Assembly: GCA_944363635.1 (NCBI GenBank)
Contig: CALVUP010000007.1
Coordinates: 1,666-65,665 of the forward strand
Direction: 5' to 3'
DNA from: an uncultured Bacilli bacterium
GTDB taxonomy: Bacteria > Bacillota_I > Bacilli_A > RF39 > UBA660
Length of the DNA: 64,000 nucleotides
Shown: piece by piece, positions 52,348 to 62,442 of the stretch
How positions within the stretch are numbered: position 1 is the first letter of the stretch
Layout: each line of letters begins with the position of its first letter
Notes under the pieces: generated by a model
What the model saw: only the letters and a program-made list of their open reading frames with translations
The model's database searches: none
What the model was told of the DNA's origin: nothing
Program-made: the position numbers and the translations under genes

Positions 52348-53034
52348 ATGAAGATAAATTTTAAAATTACACATAATGGAAAATCTGTTTTTATACCAAT
52401 AGAGAAAGATTCTTTAGAATTTCAATATGGGTATTGTCCAATTTATTTTCAAGTGGAAGATTTTTATTATAGTGGAGTTATTGATGCGGATTACAGGACG
52501 GTTGTTCCTTTTGTTTGCGAAGAGAGTGAAGAGGATTTTTCGGTAACAACGATTTTTAAAAACGATAAAGCCATCTATGGAGTAAAAAATAGGGAGTTTT
52601 ATTTGATTGATTTAAAAAAAGTTCAATTTAAAAAACAAGAAGATTGTATAATTCCTATTCAATATGAAATGAAGTTTGATGCTTACGATGATCTTGATGA
52701 TACTAAAGCATTGCTTTTACAAAATCAAGAGTTTTTTCTTTATGATGTGAGTTTAGGAAAACCTTTGTCGTTTCCTTTTCATTATATGGAAAGAAAAGAT
52801 AATGATATATGGAGTTATCTTTATGTTGTACCTAAAATAGAGGCTCCAACTTCAGTTTTATGTTGTAAGATGGATTTTAATGGAAAGATCGACCATCATG
52901 TTTGGATTAATAATATATCAGCTTGGTATAATGATGCTTCTTTTGCAAGTCAAGATACTTTGGTTGATGAAACAGTTAAAATATTTCAAAAATTGACGAA
53001 TGAGAACGCAAATGGGTACCGTATCATGCATTAA
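52348..53034 (+). CDS. hypothetical protein
   Basis: 228 aa; no motifs; inserted between lepA and hemW. Confidence 0.5.
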   Translation: MKINFKITHNGKSVFIPIEKDSLEFQYGYCPIYFQVEDFYYSGVIDADYRTVVPFVCEESEEDFSVTTIFKNDKAIYGVKNREFYLIDLKKVQFKKQEDCIIPIQYEMKFDAYDDLDDTKALLLQNQEFFLYDVSLGKPLSFPFHYMERKDNDIWSYLYVVPKIEAPTSVLCCKMDFNGKIDHHVWINNISAWYNDASFASQDTLVDETVKIFQKLTNENANGYRIMH

Positions 53035-53050
53035 GGTTGGAGGCTGTTTT

Positions 53051-54151
53051 ATGAAGAGTGTTTATATTCATATTCCATTTTGTAAAGAGATTTGTAGTTA
53101 CTGTGATTTTTGTAAAATGTTGTATCATTCATCTTTTGTTGATTGCTATTTAAATGCTTTGGAAAAAGAAGTAAAAGATAATTACCTAGGAGAAATATTG
53201 GATACCATTTATATCGGTGGAGGAAGTCCTAGTTGTCTTTCCATTAAGCAACTAAAAAAATTATTTGAAATTACATCTTTATTTAGAACAAGCCCTCATT
53301 TAGAGTTTACAATGGAAGCAAACTTTGATTCTTGTGATGAAGAGAAGCTTTTGTTATTTAAAAAAAACAAAGTCAATCGTCTTAGTTTTGGTATTGAGTC
53401 TTTTGAACCAAAATTTTTAAAAGTTATGAAGCGAAATCTTTCTTATGAAGAAGTTTTGGAAAAAATAAAGATTTGTAGAAAATTAGGGTTTGATCATATT
53501 AATGTCGATTTAATGTATGGGTTTAAAGACCAAACTTTGGAAGATTTAAAAGAGGATCTTAATAAAGTGCTTTCTTTATCGGTGGATCACATTTCTACTT
53601 ATTCTTTAATCTTAGAAGAACATACAGAACTTTATATGCATCATTATAAAAGAGCAAATGATGATTTGGATAGTAAGATGTATTCTTTGATTATGAAGGA
53701 TTTAGAAGACAATGGTTTTTATCATTATGAAATTAGTAATTTTTGTAAAGAAGGGCATGAATCAAAACATAATTTAACCTATTGGAACAATGAAGAATAT
53801 TATGGGTTTGGTCTTGGTGCCTCTGGTTATATTAAAAATAGAAGATATACCAATACAAGAAGTTTAACCAATTATTTAACAGGGAAGAGAGTACTCGAAA
53901 TAGAAACCCTTACTTTAGAAGAGCAAATGAGTTATGAGATGATTTTGGGGCTTCGAAAAACAAGAGGAGTAAGTAAAAAAGAGTTTCAAAGAAAATATCA
54001 CTTAACGATAGAAGAAAAATTTGCTATAATGGAATTAATTAAGAATCAATTACTGATAGATGATGGAGAATATATTTTTATACCAAAAGAGAAATTATAT
54101 GTTTCCAATGCTATTTTAATTGCTTTTGTAGGAGGGAATGTGTGTGGATAA
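53051..54151 (+). CDS. hemW: radical SAM heme chaperone HemW / HemN-like
   Basis: YIHIPFCKEICSYCDF CxxxCxxC radical SAM motif near the N-terminus. Confidence 0.85.
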   Translation: MKSVYIHIPFCKEICSYCDFCKMLYHSSFVDCYLNALEKEVKDNYLGEILDTIYIGGGSPSCLSIKQLKKLFEITSLFRTSPHLEFTMEANFDSCDEEKLLLFKKNKVNRLSFGIESFEPKFLKVMKRNLSYEEVLEKIKICRKLGFDHINVDLMYGFKDQTLEDLKEDLNKVLSLSVDHISTYSLILEEHTELYMHHYKRANDDLDSKMYSLIMKDLEDNGFYHYEISNFCKEGHESKHNLTYWNNEEYYGFGLGASGYIKNRRYTNTRSLTNYLTGKRVLEIETLTLEEQMSYEMILGLRKTRGVSKKEFQRKYHLTIEEKFAIMELIKNQLLIDDGEYIFIPKEKLYVSNAILIAFVGGNVCG

Positions 54152-54725
54152 AATAGCTGTATTTGAAAGAGAAGTCGATTATATTAAAAATAAGAGTTAT
54201 AGGGAAGATTTAAAAACTTTAATTAATCTTTTACCGGATTATTTTTTTGAAATTCCTGCTGCGTCAACTGGAAAATACCATCCTTCTTATGCGCAAGGGG
54301 AAGGTGGACTTTTAAGACATACAAAGGCTGCTGTACGAATCGGGTATGAATTACTTAGTGATCCTGTTATTGGAGATAAATATACCGATAATGAAAAGGA
54401 TTTAATGCTTATGGCGCTTCTTTTGCATGACGGATTAAAACTTGGACGAGAAAAAAGCAAATATACAAAATTTGATCATCCTATTTTAGCAGCAGAATTT
54501 ATAGAGGAAAATATGGATTTGCTTCATTTAAATGACGAAGAGATTGAATTTATTGGGGATTGTATTCGTACCCATATGGGTTCTTGGACTACAGATTATG
54601 ATGGAAATGAAATTTTAGAAAAACCACATACGAAGTATCAAAATTTTGTTCACATGTGTGATTATTTAGCCAGTAGAAAATGTATTGAACTACATTTTGA
54701 TGAACAAGGCAATATCATTGGATAG
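54138..54725 (+). CDS. HD-domain phosphohydrolase
   Basis: LLLHDGLK HD motif with upstream His; 195 aa. Confidence 0.65.
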   Translation: MCVDKIAVFEREVDYIKNKSYREDLKTLINLLPDYFFEIPAASTGKYHPSYAQGEGGLLRHTKAAVRIGYELLSDPVIGDKYTDNEKDLMLMALLLHDGLKLGREKSKYTKFDHPILAAEFIEENMDLLHLNDEEIEFIGDCIRTHMGSWTTDYDGNEILEKPHTKYQNFVHMCDYLASRKCIELHFDEQGNIIG

Positions 54726-54738
54726 AAAGGAGTAGACG

Positions 54739-55404
54739 ATGGGAAAAATAATTGTTATTGAAGGAACGGATTGTTCTGGGAAGGAAACACAAACGAAACT
54801 GCTTTATGAAAAGTTAAAAAATCTTGGTTATAAGGTGGCAACGATGTCTTTTCCTGCTTATGATACGCCAACAGGTAAGATTGTTGGAGGTGCTTATTTA
54901 GGAAAAAAAGAGATTGGACCTTGTTTGTTTCCTGAAGGGGCTGTGCATGTCGCTCCAGAGATTGCTTCTTTATATTATGCTGCGGATCGAAGATATAATT
55001 TAGATCGATTATTACAATTAAGGGAAGAAAATGATTTTTTGATCTTAGATCGTTATATATCATCGAATATGGCTCATCAAGGAAGTAAAATTGTTGATGA
55101 TGAAAAACGTTATTATATTTATCAGTTTATTGATAAGTTGGAGTATTGGTTGTTGGAACTTCCAAAACCCGATCAAACGATTTTCTTACACATGCCAGTG
55201 GAATATGCCAACGAACTTAAAAAAAATAGAGTGAATATAGATGAACATGAAAAAGACGAGGCGTATTTAAAACAGTCTGAAAAAGCGTACATAGAACTTT
55301 CGGAGATGTATAACTGGTCGGTTATTGAATGTGTGCAAGAGGAAAAGATTAAATCTATAGAAGAGATTTCTGATGAAATATTTCAAATTTTGCATAAATC
55401 ATGA
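54739..55404 (+). CDS. tmk: thymidylate kinase-like
   Basis: IVIEGTDCSGKETQ P-loop and LDRYISSNMAHQG (DRY motif). TGA stop. Confidence 0.75.
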   Translation: MGKIIVIEGTDCSGKETQTKLLYEKLKNLGYKVATMSFPAYDTPTGKIVGGAYLGKKEIGPCLFPEGAVHVAPEIASLYYAADRRYNLDRLLQLREENDFLILDRYISSNMAHQGSKIVDDEKRYYIYQFIDKLEYWLLELPKPDQTIFLHMPVEYANELKKNRVNIDEHEKDEAYLKQSEKAYIELSEMYNWSVIECVQEEKIKSIEEISDEIFQILHKS

Positions 55405-55415
55405 AACAAATAAAA

Positions 55416-55443
55416 AAAGAGGAATTTAAATAATTTCCTCTTT
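55416..55443. terminator. bidirectional terminator between tmk and the convergent ATPase gene
   Basis: aaagaggaatt taaat aatttcctcttt. Confidence 0.6.
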
Positions 55444-56829
55444 TTCTTCGCTTGGAATAATTTCTTCGTTTTCTATTTTTGCTTCTTCTAATTGGGTATT
55501 GTTATTTTTTTCTTCATTTTGCTTGGTATCTTTGTTTTCTTGTGGTGGAGGAGGAGTAGACGATGCTTTTGCTGTTGGTTCATTTTCAAATTGATGATAA
55601 GCAATGGCTTTTGCTAAATAAATTCCATCTTCATCATCCATTTCATCATCAATATCAATAATTTTATAAATTTCATCAAAAGTTGTTAATCCTTCTAATA
55701 CTTTTTCAAGACCATCCTGTAACATTGTAATAACATCTGTTTTATAAACCAAACGTTTTAGTTCTTCACGATCAATATCAGAATTGATGGCTTCTCTTAC
55801 TTCATCGTTAATCAGTAAAACTTCTTGAATTGCAATTCTTCCTTTATAACCACCATTGCATTCTTGGCAACCCGCAGGATTTGCTGTATAGATTTCTGAA
55901 ATATCCTTTCCTAATGTTTTTTTAAATACTTTCTTTTCGTATTCGGTCGTTTCTTTTTTGATACAACACTTTTTACAAATTTTTCGTGCTAATCGTTGTG
56001 AAATAATTCCAGTTAGAGAAGTAGAAAGTAAATAGCGTTCTACGCCCATATCGATTAATCTTTCGATTGTGGTTAAGGAATTGTTGGTATGGATGGTTGA
56101 TAAAACCAAATGTCCTGTAATCGATGCACGAATCGCAATTTGAGCGGTTTCTGAATCTCTTATTTCTCCGATTAAAATAATATTTGGATCTTGTCTTAAT
56201 ATTGCTCTTAATGCGGATGCAAAAGTCATACCAATTTCACTATTGACTTGTACTTGGTTCACTCCTTCAATATTCATTTCAATTGGATCTTCAACAGAAA
56301 TGATATTGGTGTTTTCTTTGTTTAGAGCTTGTAAAATAGAATAGGTAGTTGTACTTTTACCTGTTCCAGTCGCACCGGTTACTAAAACAATTCCATTGGG
56401 TACAGAAATCATTTTTTTTAGCTTTTCGAAATTAACTTTAGAAAACCCTAAACTGTCAATTCCTTTTAAACTCATTGAATAATCTAAAATTCGAATTACA
56501 ATTTTTTCGCCCTCATTGGTTGGAAGACAGGATACACGCATATCGACATCCACATCTTTTATTTTTCCTTTAATGGCACCATCTTGAGGAAGACGATTTT
56601 CTGTAATATTCATTCCGGAAATTAACTTAATACGCGTGGCTAGGTTTTTATGGTATAAAGAGGGAACCAAAGCGTGATTTCTAAGTTCTCCATCGATACG
56701 CATACGAATTTTTAATCCATTTTCGACTGGGTCAAAATGAATATCACTCGCACGGTTTTTCACACCATAAACTAAGATGTCATCTACTAAATCCACTATA
56801 GGAATTTTAGAAAAATCGTATTCTATCAT
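55426..56829 (-). CDS. GspE/PilB/ComGA-family type II/IV secretion ATPase
   Basis: GspE N-terminal core, Walker A VTGATGTGKSTT, Asp/His boxes, tetra-Cys CKKCC...CQEC, and a roughly 70-aa acidic Pro/Glu/Lys-rich C-terminal tail. Confidence 0.85.
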   Translation of the reverse strand: MIEYDFSKIPIVDLVDDILVYGVKNRASDIHFDPVENGLKIRMRIDGELRNHALVPSLYHKNLATRIKLISGMNITENRLPQDGAIKGKIKDVDVDMRVSCLPTNEGEKIVIRILDYSMSLKGIDSLGFSKVNFEKLKKMISVPNGIVLVTGATGTGKSTTTYSILQALNKENTNIISVEDPIEMNIEGVNQVQVNSEIGMTFASALRAILRQDPNIILIGEIRDSETAQIAIRASITGHLVLSTIHTNNSLTTIERLIDMGVERYLLSTSLTGIISQRLARKICKKCCIKKETTEYEKKVFKKTLGKDISEIYTANPAGCQECNGGYKGRIAIQEVLLINDEVREAINSDIDREELKRLVYKTDVITMLQDGLEKVLEGLTTFDEIYKIIDIDDEMDDEDGIYLAKAIAYHQFENEPTAKASSTPPPPQENKDTKQNEEKNNNTQLEEAKIENEEIIPSEEKEEII

Positions 56830-56921
56830 AAACTTGCTCCCTTTTTATCTTTTACTCTAGCTTTTATTCATAATTTATTATATAATAATTTAGGGATATA
56901 ATCAATAAGGAAAGTGATTTT

Positions 56922-57689
56922 ATGAAAAAAAATAAAAGGGGTTTTATTCTTATTGAACTATTAATTGTAGCTGTGTTTACCGCTTCCTTATTTACGTTTC
57001 TTTATGTAAATATCATTCCACTTATGGGAGATTATGATCAAAAAGAAAAGTATGATACGATTGATACAAAGTATGTGCTTTATGATTTAAGGCAAGAAAT
57101 ATTAACTTATGATAGCAATGGTACAGATGGCTTATGGGATGAAATCAAAAAAGATATTCAAGAGCAAGGCTTTGCGCGTTTGTATGAATATACGAATGAT
57201 GGGATTGCTTGTAATAGTGATTTATTTAAACAGTGGGATGAAGAAGGTATTGTTGGTGTTGATATAGAGGATCCACAATATAGTAATTTATCTGAAGAAG
57301 AAAAACAAGAAAAGATTGCTAAAATCGCGGATAATCAGCAGACCAACAATTGTAATATTTTATTGACTACGCATCATATCCGTTCTATTTATATTACTCG
57401 TTATGGGCTTGGAAGTTATGCAGAAGGAACCGATTTGCCAGAAGGTTATCATAATTTAAAAGAAGAATTAAAAAATGGTAAAGTTCTTGTTGATGAATGT
57501 CAAAACGACGAGTGTAAAGATGCAAATGGAACGGATTATGCGCAAAGTACGGAAGAATATATAAAGAAAATGAGTAATTTTACCTTGGGATATGAATATA
57601 AAAAAGAGTATTATCGAATGATTGTGTGTACTTATCCACTCGATAGGGAAGATACCTATTGTGGTACAATTGAAATTATGAGAAAGTAG
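56922..57689 (+). CDS. prepilin-type protein (255 aa)
   Basis: MKKNKRG|FILIELLIVAVFTASLF class III signal. Confidence 0.7.
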   Translation: MKKNKRGFILIELLIVAVFTASLFTFLYVNIIPLMGDYDQKEKYDTIDTKYVLYDLRQEILTYDSNGTDGLWDEIKKDIQEQGFARLYEYTNDGIACNSDLFKQWDEEGIVGVDIEDPQYSNLSEEEKQEKIAKIADNQQTNNCNILLTTHHIRSIYITRYGLGSYAEGTDLPEGYHNLKEELKNGKVLVDECQNDECKDANGTDYAQSTEEYIKKMSNFTLGYEYKKEYYRMIVCTYPLDREDTYCGTIEIMRK

Positions 57690-57696
57690 GTAAAAG

Positions 57697-58470
57697 ATGA
57701 AAACAAAGAATAAAGGGTTTACTTTGATTGAACTTGTTTTAGGGCTTTCTTTAATCGTACTTATCATTTTACCTGTATTTGGGGTTGTGATTAGTTATAA
57801 AAATAAAGAAATTATGGAGGCCAATAAAGCAGATTTAACAAGTTTTAAAAATCGAGTCTTAACAACTATAGAATCGGATATTGTAGAAAAGGGTGTACAA
57901 TATACTTGCGAATATATTCATAAGATATCGGATACGGATTATTTAGTAGAAAATAATACACAACGTATTATGTTTCGTGATCATACGTATGCTGATTTAA
58001 CGATTGACCATGAGCAAAAAAGTATTATCTATACAACGTATGATGAAGAAAATAAAAAAATTGATGAGCAGACTTTTGTTCTTCCGGTTCAAGATGCTGT
58101 ATTGGAAAATGCAAGTTATATTCGTGGAGAAGAAGGACATGGGACAGGAATCAGTGGATATGATTATTTTTATATTTTTCCGCCCAATGAGATTCAATTA
58201 AAAAAATATACAGATGGTAAGACGCATTACGAAAATGATATAGCCGTTTTAGACAATAATTCTACGGTATTGAAAATTTTTCTTCCTATTACTTATGAAG
58301 GAGATGATTATAGTATTGTAATTACAACTACTTTTACTTATGAAGTTGATAGTCCATCTTGTGGAGCGAATACAGAGAATGGAAATTATTGTCCTTATAG
58401 TAATAAGAACAGTTATGTTGTTTCAGATGATGGTTTTACTTGTACCAATAATTTTTTATCCTCTCGTTAA
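57697..58470 (+). CDS. prepilin-type protein (257 aa)
   Basis: MKTKNKG|FTLIELVLGLSLIVLIILPV class III signal. Confidence 0.7.
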   Translation: MKTKNKGFTLIELVLGLSLIVLIILPVFGVVISYKNKEIMEANKADLTSFKNRVLTTIESDIVEKGVQYTCEYIHKISDTDYLVENNTQRIMFRDHTYADLTIDHEQKSIIYTTYDEENKKIDEQTFVLPVQDAVLENASYIRGEEGHGTGISGYDYFYIFPPNEIQLKKYTDGKTHYENDIAVLDNNSTVLKIFLPITYEGDDYSIVITTTFTYEVDSPSCGANTENGNYCPYSNKNSYVVSDDGFTCTNNFLSSR

Positions 58471-59388
58471 AAAAATAAGAAAAAATAGATAAAGAGAAGA
58501 GGCAAGAATTGCATGAAGTATTCTAGAGAAGAAATATCTAGAATACTTTATTTTTATATCTTTAATGATTCCTAGCACTTGCATATGAATACAAAGACCT
58601 CCAAAGGATAGAAAGATGGTGATGATGAGTCCTTTTAGGTGGATGGATAAATCCATTGCGGATATATATTTTATCCCTTGCGTGATTTCTAAGAAACCTC
58701 GTAATATATTTTTTAAAAGAATTGGTAAGTCTATATATTTAAAAAGAACTGTTGTAAGCACTAAAAAAACCGTAATGGTTCCCAAAATGTATGCTAGGGT
58801 ATGAATGGTATTTTCAATCGAGTTTGAAAAGCAGGCCACAAATGGTTTTTTTGTTTGTTCAAATTTAGATTGTGTTGTTTCTTGTTTTTTTTCACGTAAA
58901 AGGATTCCTAAAATAAAATTAGCGCCATAATGGGCAAATAAAATACATAAACATATTTTTTGATTGTTTAATAAGGAAAATATGGTTCCGAGTATAAATA
59001 GAGGGTTTGAGAAATGTGTAAAAGTAATTAAATGATTAGCTTCTTTTAAAGTAATAATTTTTTCATGATATAATTTGGTTATATATTTTGCACTGGAAGG
59101 AAATCCAGAGAGTAAACTCATGATAATTACAAAAGCACAAACACTTCTTAGATGAAATAAAGATTGAATCGGTTTTTTGAGCATGTTTCCTAGAATGCCT
59201 ACAAATCCGTAATTGATCAGTAGATCGGCTAGAATAAAAAAAGGAAATAGGGAAGGAAATATATTTTTTTTCCATATTTCTAAAGAAAATATACCAGCTT
59301 CTATAATTTCTTTTGGATTGGATAGGATAAAAAATAAACATAGAATTAAAAATGATAATATCGTGAAATTGTATAGATTTTTTTTCAT
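58456..59388 (-). CDS. polytopic membrane protein, YlbJ-like (nucleoside-recognition/Gate-type)
   Basis: Eight or more TM helices; divergent from a YlbL-like gene as in the Bacillus ylbJ-ylbL neighbourhood. Confidence 0.45.
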   Translation of the reverse strand: MKKNLYNFTILSFLILCLFFILSNPKEIIEAGIFSLEIWKKNIFPSLFPFFILADLLINYGFVGILGNMLKKPIQSLFHLRSVCAFVIIMSLLSGFPSSAKYITKLYHEKIITLKEANHLITFTHFSNPLFILGTIFSLLNNQKICLCILFAHYGANFILGILLREKKQETTQSKFEQTKKPFVACFSNSIENTIHTLAYILGTITVFLVLTTVLFKYIDLPILLKNILRGFLEITQGIKYISAMDLSIHLKGLIITIFLSFGGLCIHMQVLGIIKDIKIKYSRYFFSRILHAILASSLYLFFLIFLTRG

Positions 59389-59432
59389 ATTTAGCCATCT
59401 TTCTGTTATAATTAGTAATAAGGGATGATGTT

Positions 59433-60449
59433 ATGTTTAGTAAAGTATATGAGAAACTGAAGAAATATTTAAAAGAAAATTATAAATTTATATTATTTGA
59501 AATCTTTCTTATTTTGATTTTGGTGATGCCACTTCCTTATTACATTAATACAACAGGTGGTATGATTGATGTATCAAAGTATATTGAAGTTGAGGGGGCT
59601 AAGAAGAGTAAAGGAAGTTTTAATTTAGCTTATGTTACGAGTTACCGTGCTACAATTCCTACGTATTTACTTTCTTATATTTTACCTGGATGGGATATTG
59701 AAAACGTGGGAGATTATACGTATAACGAGAGTGAAAGTGCATCGGATGTATCAAATCGTGGGCAACTTTCTTTAACGAGTGCGAATAATGCGGCTGTGGA
59801 AGTGGCTTATACAAAGGCCGGGAAAACCTATGAAATTACCAATAGTTATTTTAATGTGTTTTATATTATGGAAGAAGCAGAAACTTCCTTACAAGTCGGC
59901 GATATTTTATTAGAATATGATGGGCATGAACTTACGGATACAGAAGAATATATCGAGTACATTTCTTCTAAGAAAGAAGGAGAAAAAATCACTTTAAAGG
60001 TGCTTCGTGATGATAAAGAGGTTAATGCTTATGCAAAAGTAAAAATGATTGATGGGGAAAAATTAGTAGGTATTAGTATTTATAAAACATTTGATTATAA
60101 AACTGACCCAGAAATTTCTATTCATTTTACTTCTTCTGAAGAAGGTCCTTCGGGCGGTCTTATGACAGCTCTTGCTATTTATGATCAATTAATCGATGAA
60201 GATTTGACACATGGACTTACAATTGTAGGAACAGGTACGATTGATAGTGAAGGAAATGTGGGAGAAATTGATGGGGTTCCTTATAAATTAAAAGGTGCGG
60301 TTAAACAAAAAGCTGATATTTTCTTTGCCCCAAGTGGTTCGAATTATGAAGAGGCTAAAGCATTACAGGAAAAGAATAATTATGATATAAAAATTGTAGA
60401 AGTAAAAACATTTGATGATGCCGTTCATTATTTGGAAGAGTTGGATTAG
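59433..60449 (+). CDS. YlbL/SepM-like PDZ + Lon-type (S16) protease domain protein
   Basis: N-terminal TM segment, PDZ segment (GDILLEYDGHEL), Lon catalytic Ser context SSEEGPSGGLMTALAIYD and downstream Lys. Confidence 0.75.
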   Translation: MFSKVYEKLKKYLKENYKFILFEIFLILILVMPLPYYINTTGGMIDVSKYIEVEGAKKSKGSFNLAYVTSYRATIPTYLLSYILPGWDIENVGDYTYNESESASDVSNRGQLSLTSANNAAVEVAYTKAGKTYEITNSYFNVFYIMEEAETSLQVGDILLEYDGHELTDTEEYIEYISSKKEGEKITLKVLRDDKEVNAYAKVKMIDGEKLVGISIYKTFDYKTDPEISIHFTSSEEGPSGGLMTALAIYDQLIDEDLTHGLTIVGTGTIDSEGNVGEIDGVPYKLKGAVKQKADIFFAPSGSNYEEAKALQEKNNYDIKIVEVKTFDDAVHYLEELD

Positions 60450-60457
60450 GTGGTTTT

Positions 60458-61168
60458 ATGAAAAAAAAGAAGTTTATACTTTTAGGAATTCTTTTCATTC
60501 TTCTTATTTTACTTGTTTGTTTTTTCGTTTTTAGAAAAGAAGATGACAAATTAAGTGATGCAGAAAAATTTAAAGAAGAATATGAGGTCTATAATGGAAT
60601 GACCACAGAAGACGGTTATAGTTATCCTACTGTTTCTGTTGATGAGAACAATGTAATGTATTATGCTACAAGTGAAGAAGTATTAAAAATTTTAAAAGAA
60701 GGAACTGGAATTATTTACTTTGGTACACCAAGTGATCCATGGAGTCGAAATGCTGTAAATGTTTTATTACAGGCAAGTGCTTCTACCCCTATAAATCGTA
60801 TTTATTATTTGGATTTAAGTAAAAAGTATGATGTTTATGAGGTAGAGAATGGACAAGTTGTTAAAACAAAAGAGGGATCGGATGCTTATTATGAAATGGT
60901 AGATCTATTACAAGAGTATTTAAGTAATTATTTGGTGTATGATGGAAAAAAGACTGTAGACACTGGTGTAAAACGAATTTTTATGCCTTTTGTTGTTTTT
61001 GTGGAAGATGGAAAAGTGATTTCAACTCGAAAAGGAACAACCGATAGTCATATTAATAAAGGCAATGGCTATATTGAATTAACAGCACAAGAGGAAGAAG
61101 AGTTGTTTAATTATTATGTTGATAAAATGACGATTTTATCAGATGCAAGTTGTAACGAAGACTGTTAA
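60458..61168 (+). CDS. hypothetical membrane-anchored protein
   Basis: N-terminal TM segment and 200-aa extracytoplasmic domain with no motif. Confidence 0.5.
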   Translation: MKKKKFILLGILFILLILLVCFFVFRKEDDKLSDAEKFKEEYEVYNGMTTEDGYSYPTVSVDENNVMYYATSEEVLKILKEGTGIIYFGTPSDPWSRNAVNVLLQASASTPINRIYYLDLSKKYDVYEVENGQVVKTKEGSDAYYEMVDLLQEYLSNYLVYDGKKTVDTGVKRIFMPFVVFVEDGKVISTRKGTTDSHINKGNGYIELTAQEEEELFNYYVDKMTILSDASCNEDC

Positions 61169-61228
61169 GACTTGCTTTTTTTATGAATTTATGGTATAAT
61201 CTTGGTGTTTTATATAAGGGGGATTTTT

Positions 61229-62152
61229 ATGGAGGAAAATAAAATTATTTCATTTCAACCGAAAAGAGAACCATATGATTGGGCAAAAGAAGAACCTATG
61301 GATGCCATATTGGATGTAGAACAGTTAGAGGCTTTTTTGGATCAACGCTCTATACCAAAGCGTAATCGTGAAGAAATTTTCAAAAAGCGTACCGCTCGAG
61401 AAATTTTTTATACGCTTGCTGCTGTTGTTACGGTATGCGGAATTATACTAGGAACGGCTTATGGTTTATCCACGAGTGAAGAAAGAAAAATTGAAGATTT
61501 AAGTGAGGATCTTTCCGTAAGTGCTTCTGTAGATGTTGTACATACTTGTGAAAGCTTTTTGGAAGATGATATGACAGATGAATTTAAAGAAGATTTAGAA
61601 GCATATCAAATCGATCAAGTAATTGCTCGTTGTAATGAAATCGAAAAATATTTAAATAAAAATGATATTACGAGTGAAGAAACGCAGACTCTTGCAATGC
61701 TTGAGCAAGATTTTGCTACAACGCAATTAGAACGTGTAGAAGAATTTATACTTAATTATACCAAGAATCGTTGCTTAAACACATTAAAAGAAACAAATGA
61801 AGAAACGTACAATATAGATAATTATCCAAAAGTAGAGATCAAAGATTCTTTTGAATCAGGTGAGGGAAGACGTAATATAAATATTTGTTTATATACAAAT
61901 GAGAATAGTACTTATGTTGCGGAGTATATACCAGTTAAAAGCAATGATATTGAAGATTGCCTTGATGCTTTATATGCTGTTCGAGCGTTAAAAGGAGATG
62001 CTGCTACTTACAAGGACCTTACAAATTATCAAGAGGCAATTTATGTTACCAAAACAGCTATTGCTACAATTGCTGTTAATGATCAATCGACTTTACAGGC
62101 AAAAATGGAAACAAAAGATAATGCTAAAGTAAAATGTATAAAAGAAGTGTAA
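61229..62152 (+). CDS. hypothetical protein with one internal TM segment
   Basis: ATG at 61229 follows AAGGGGGA. Confidence 0.5.
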   Translation: MEENKIISFQPKREPYDWAKEEPMDAILDVEQLEAFLDQRSIPKRNREEIFKKRTAREIFYTLAAVVTVCGIILGTAYGLSTSEERKIEDLSEDLSVSASVDVVHTCESFLEDDMTDEFKEDLEAYQIDQVIARCNEIEKYLNKNDITSEETQTLAMLEQDFATTQLERVEEFILNYTKNRCLNTLKETNEETYNIDNYPKVEIKDSFESGEGRRNINICLYTNENSTYVAEYIPVKSNDIEDCLDALYAVRALKGDAATYKDLTNYQEAIYVTKTAIATIAVNDQSTLQAKMETKDNAKVKCIKEV

Positions 62153-62168
62153 AAAAAGATTGATTATC

Positions 62169-62197
62169 TTGCAAAGTTTTTTTACCTATGCTATAGT
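62169..62197 (+). promoter_or_regulatory. sigmaA promoter of the T-box leader
   Basis: ttgcaa - 17 nt - tatagt. Confidence 0.55.
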
Positions 62198-62203
62198 ATA
62201 GAA

Positions 62204-62420
62204 GAGAAATGCATTGAGTAAGAAGTAGTAATAAAAGGAAATTTTATAGAGAATTAGTGGTTGGTGAAAACTAATAATGGAATTTTATGAATTCATCTTA
62301 CTAGCAGAATAATGAAAAGTTATTCCGGGGTATTCCGTTACAATGAATGAGATAAATGCTTGCATTTATAAAATAAGGTGGTACCACGAAAGATTCGTCC
62401 TTTGGATGAGTCTTTTTTTG
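62204..62420 (+). promoter_or_regulatory. T-box leader (tRNA-sensing riboswitch), probably Phe-specific
   Basis: Stem I with GA/AGAGA motif. Conserved T-box sequence aaggtggtaccacg at 62375-62388 overlaps the terminator gattcgtcc uuu ggatgagtc plus U-tract. A possible UUC specifier lies in gaauucau. Confidence 0.65.
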
Positions 62421-62442
62421 TTGCATTAAGGGAGGTTTTGCT

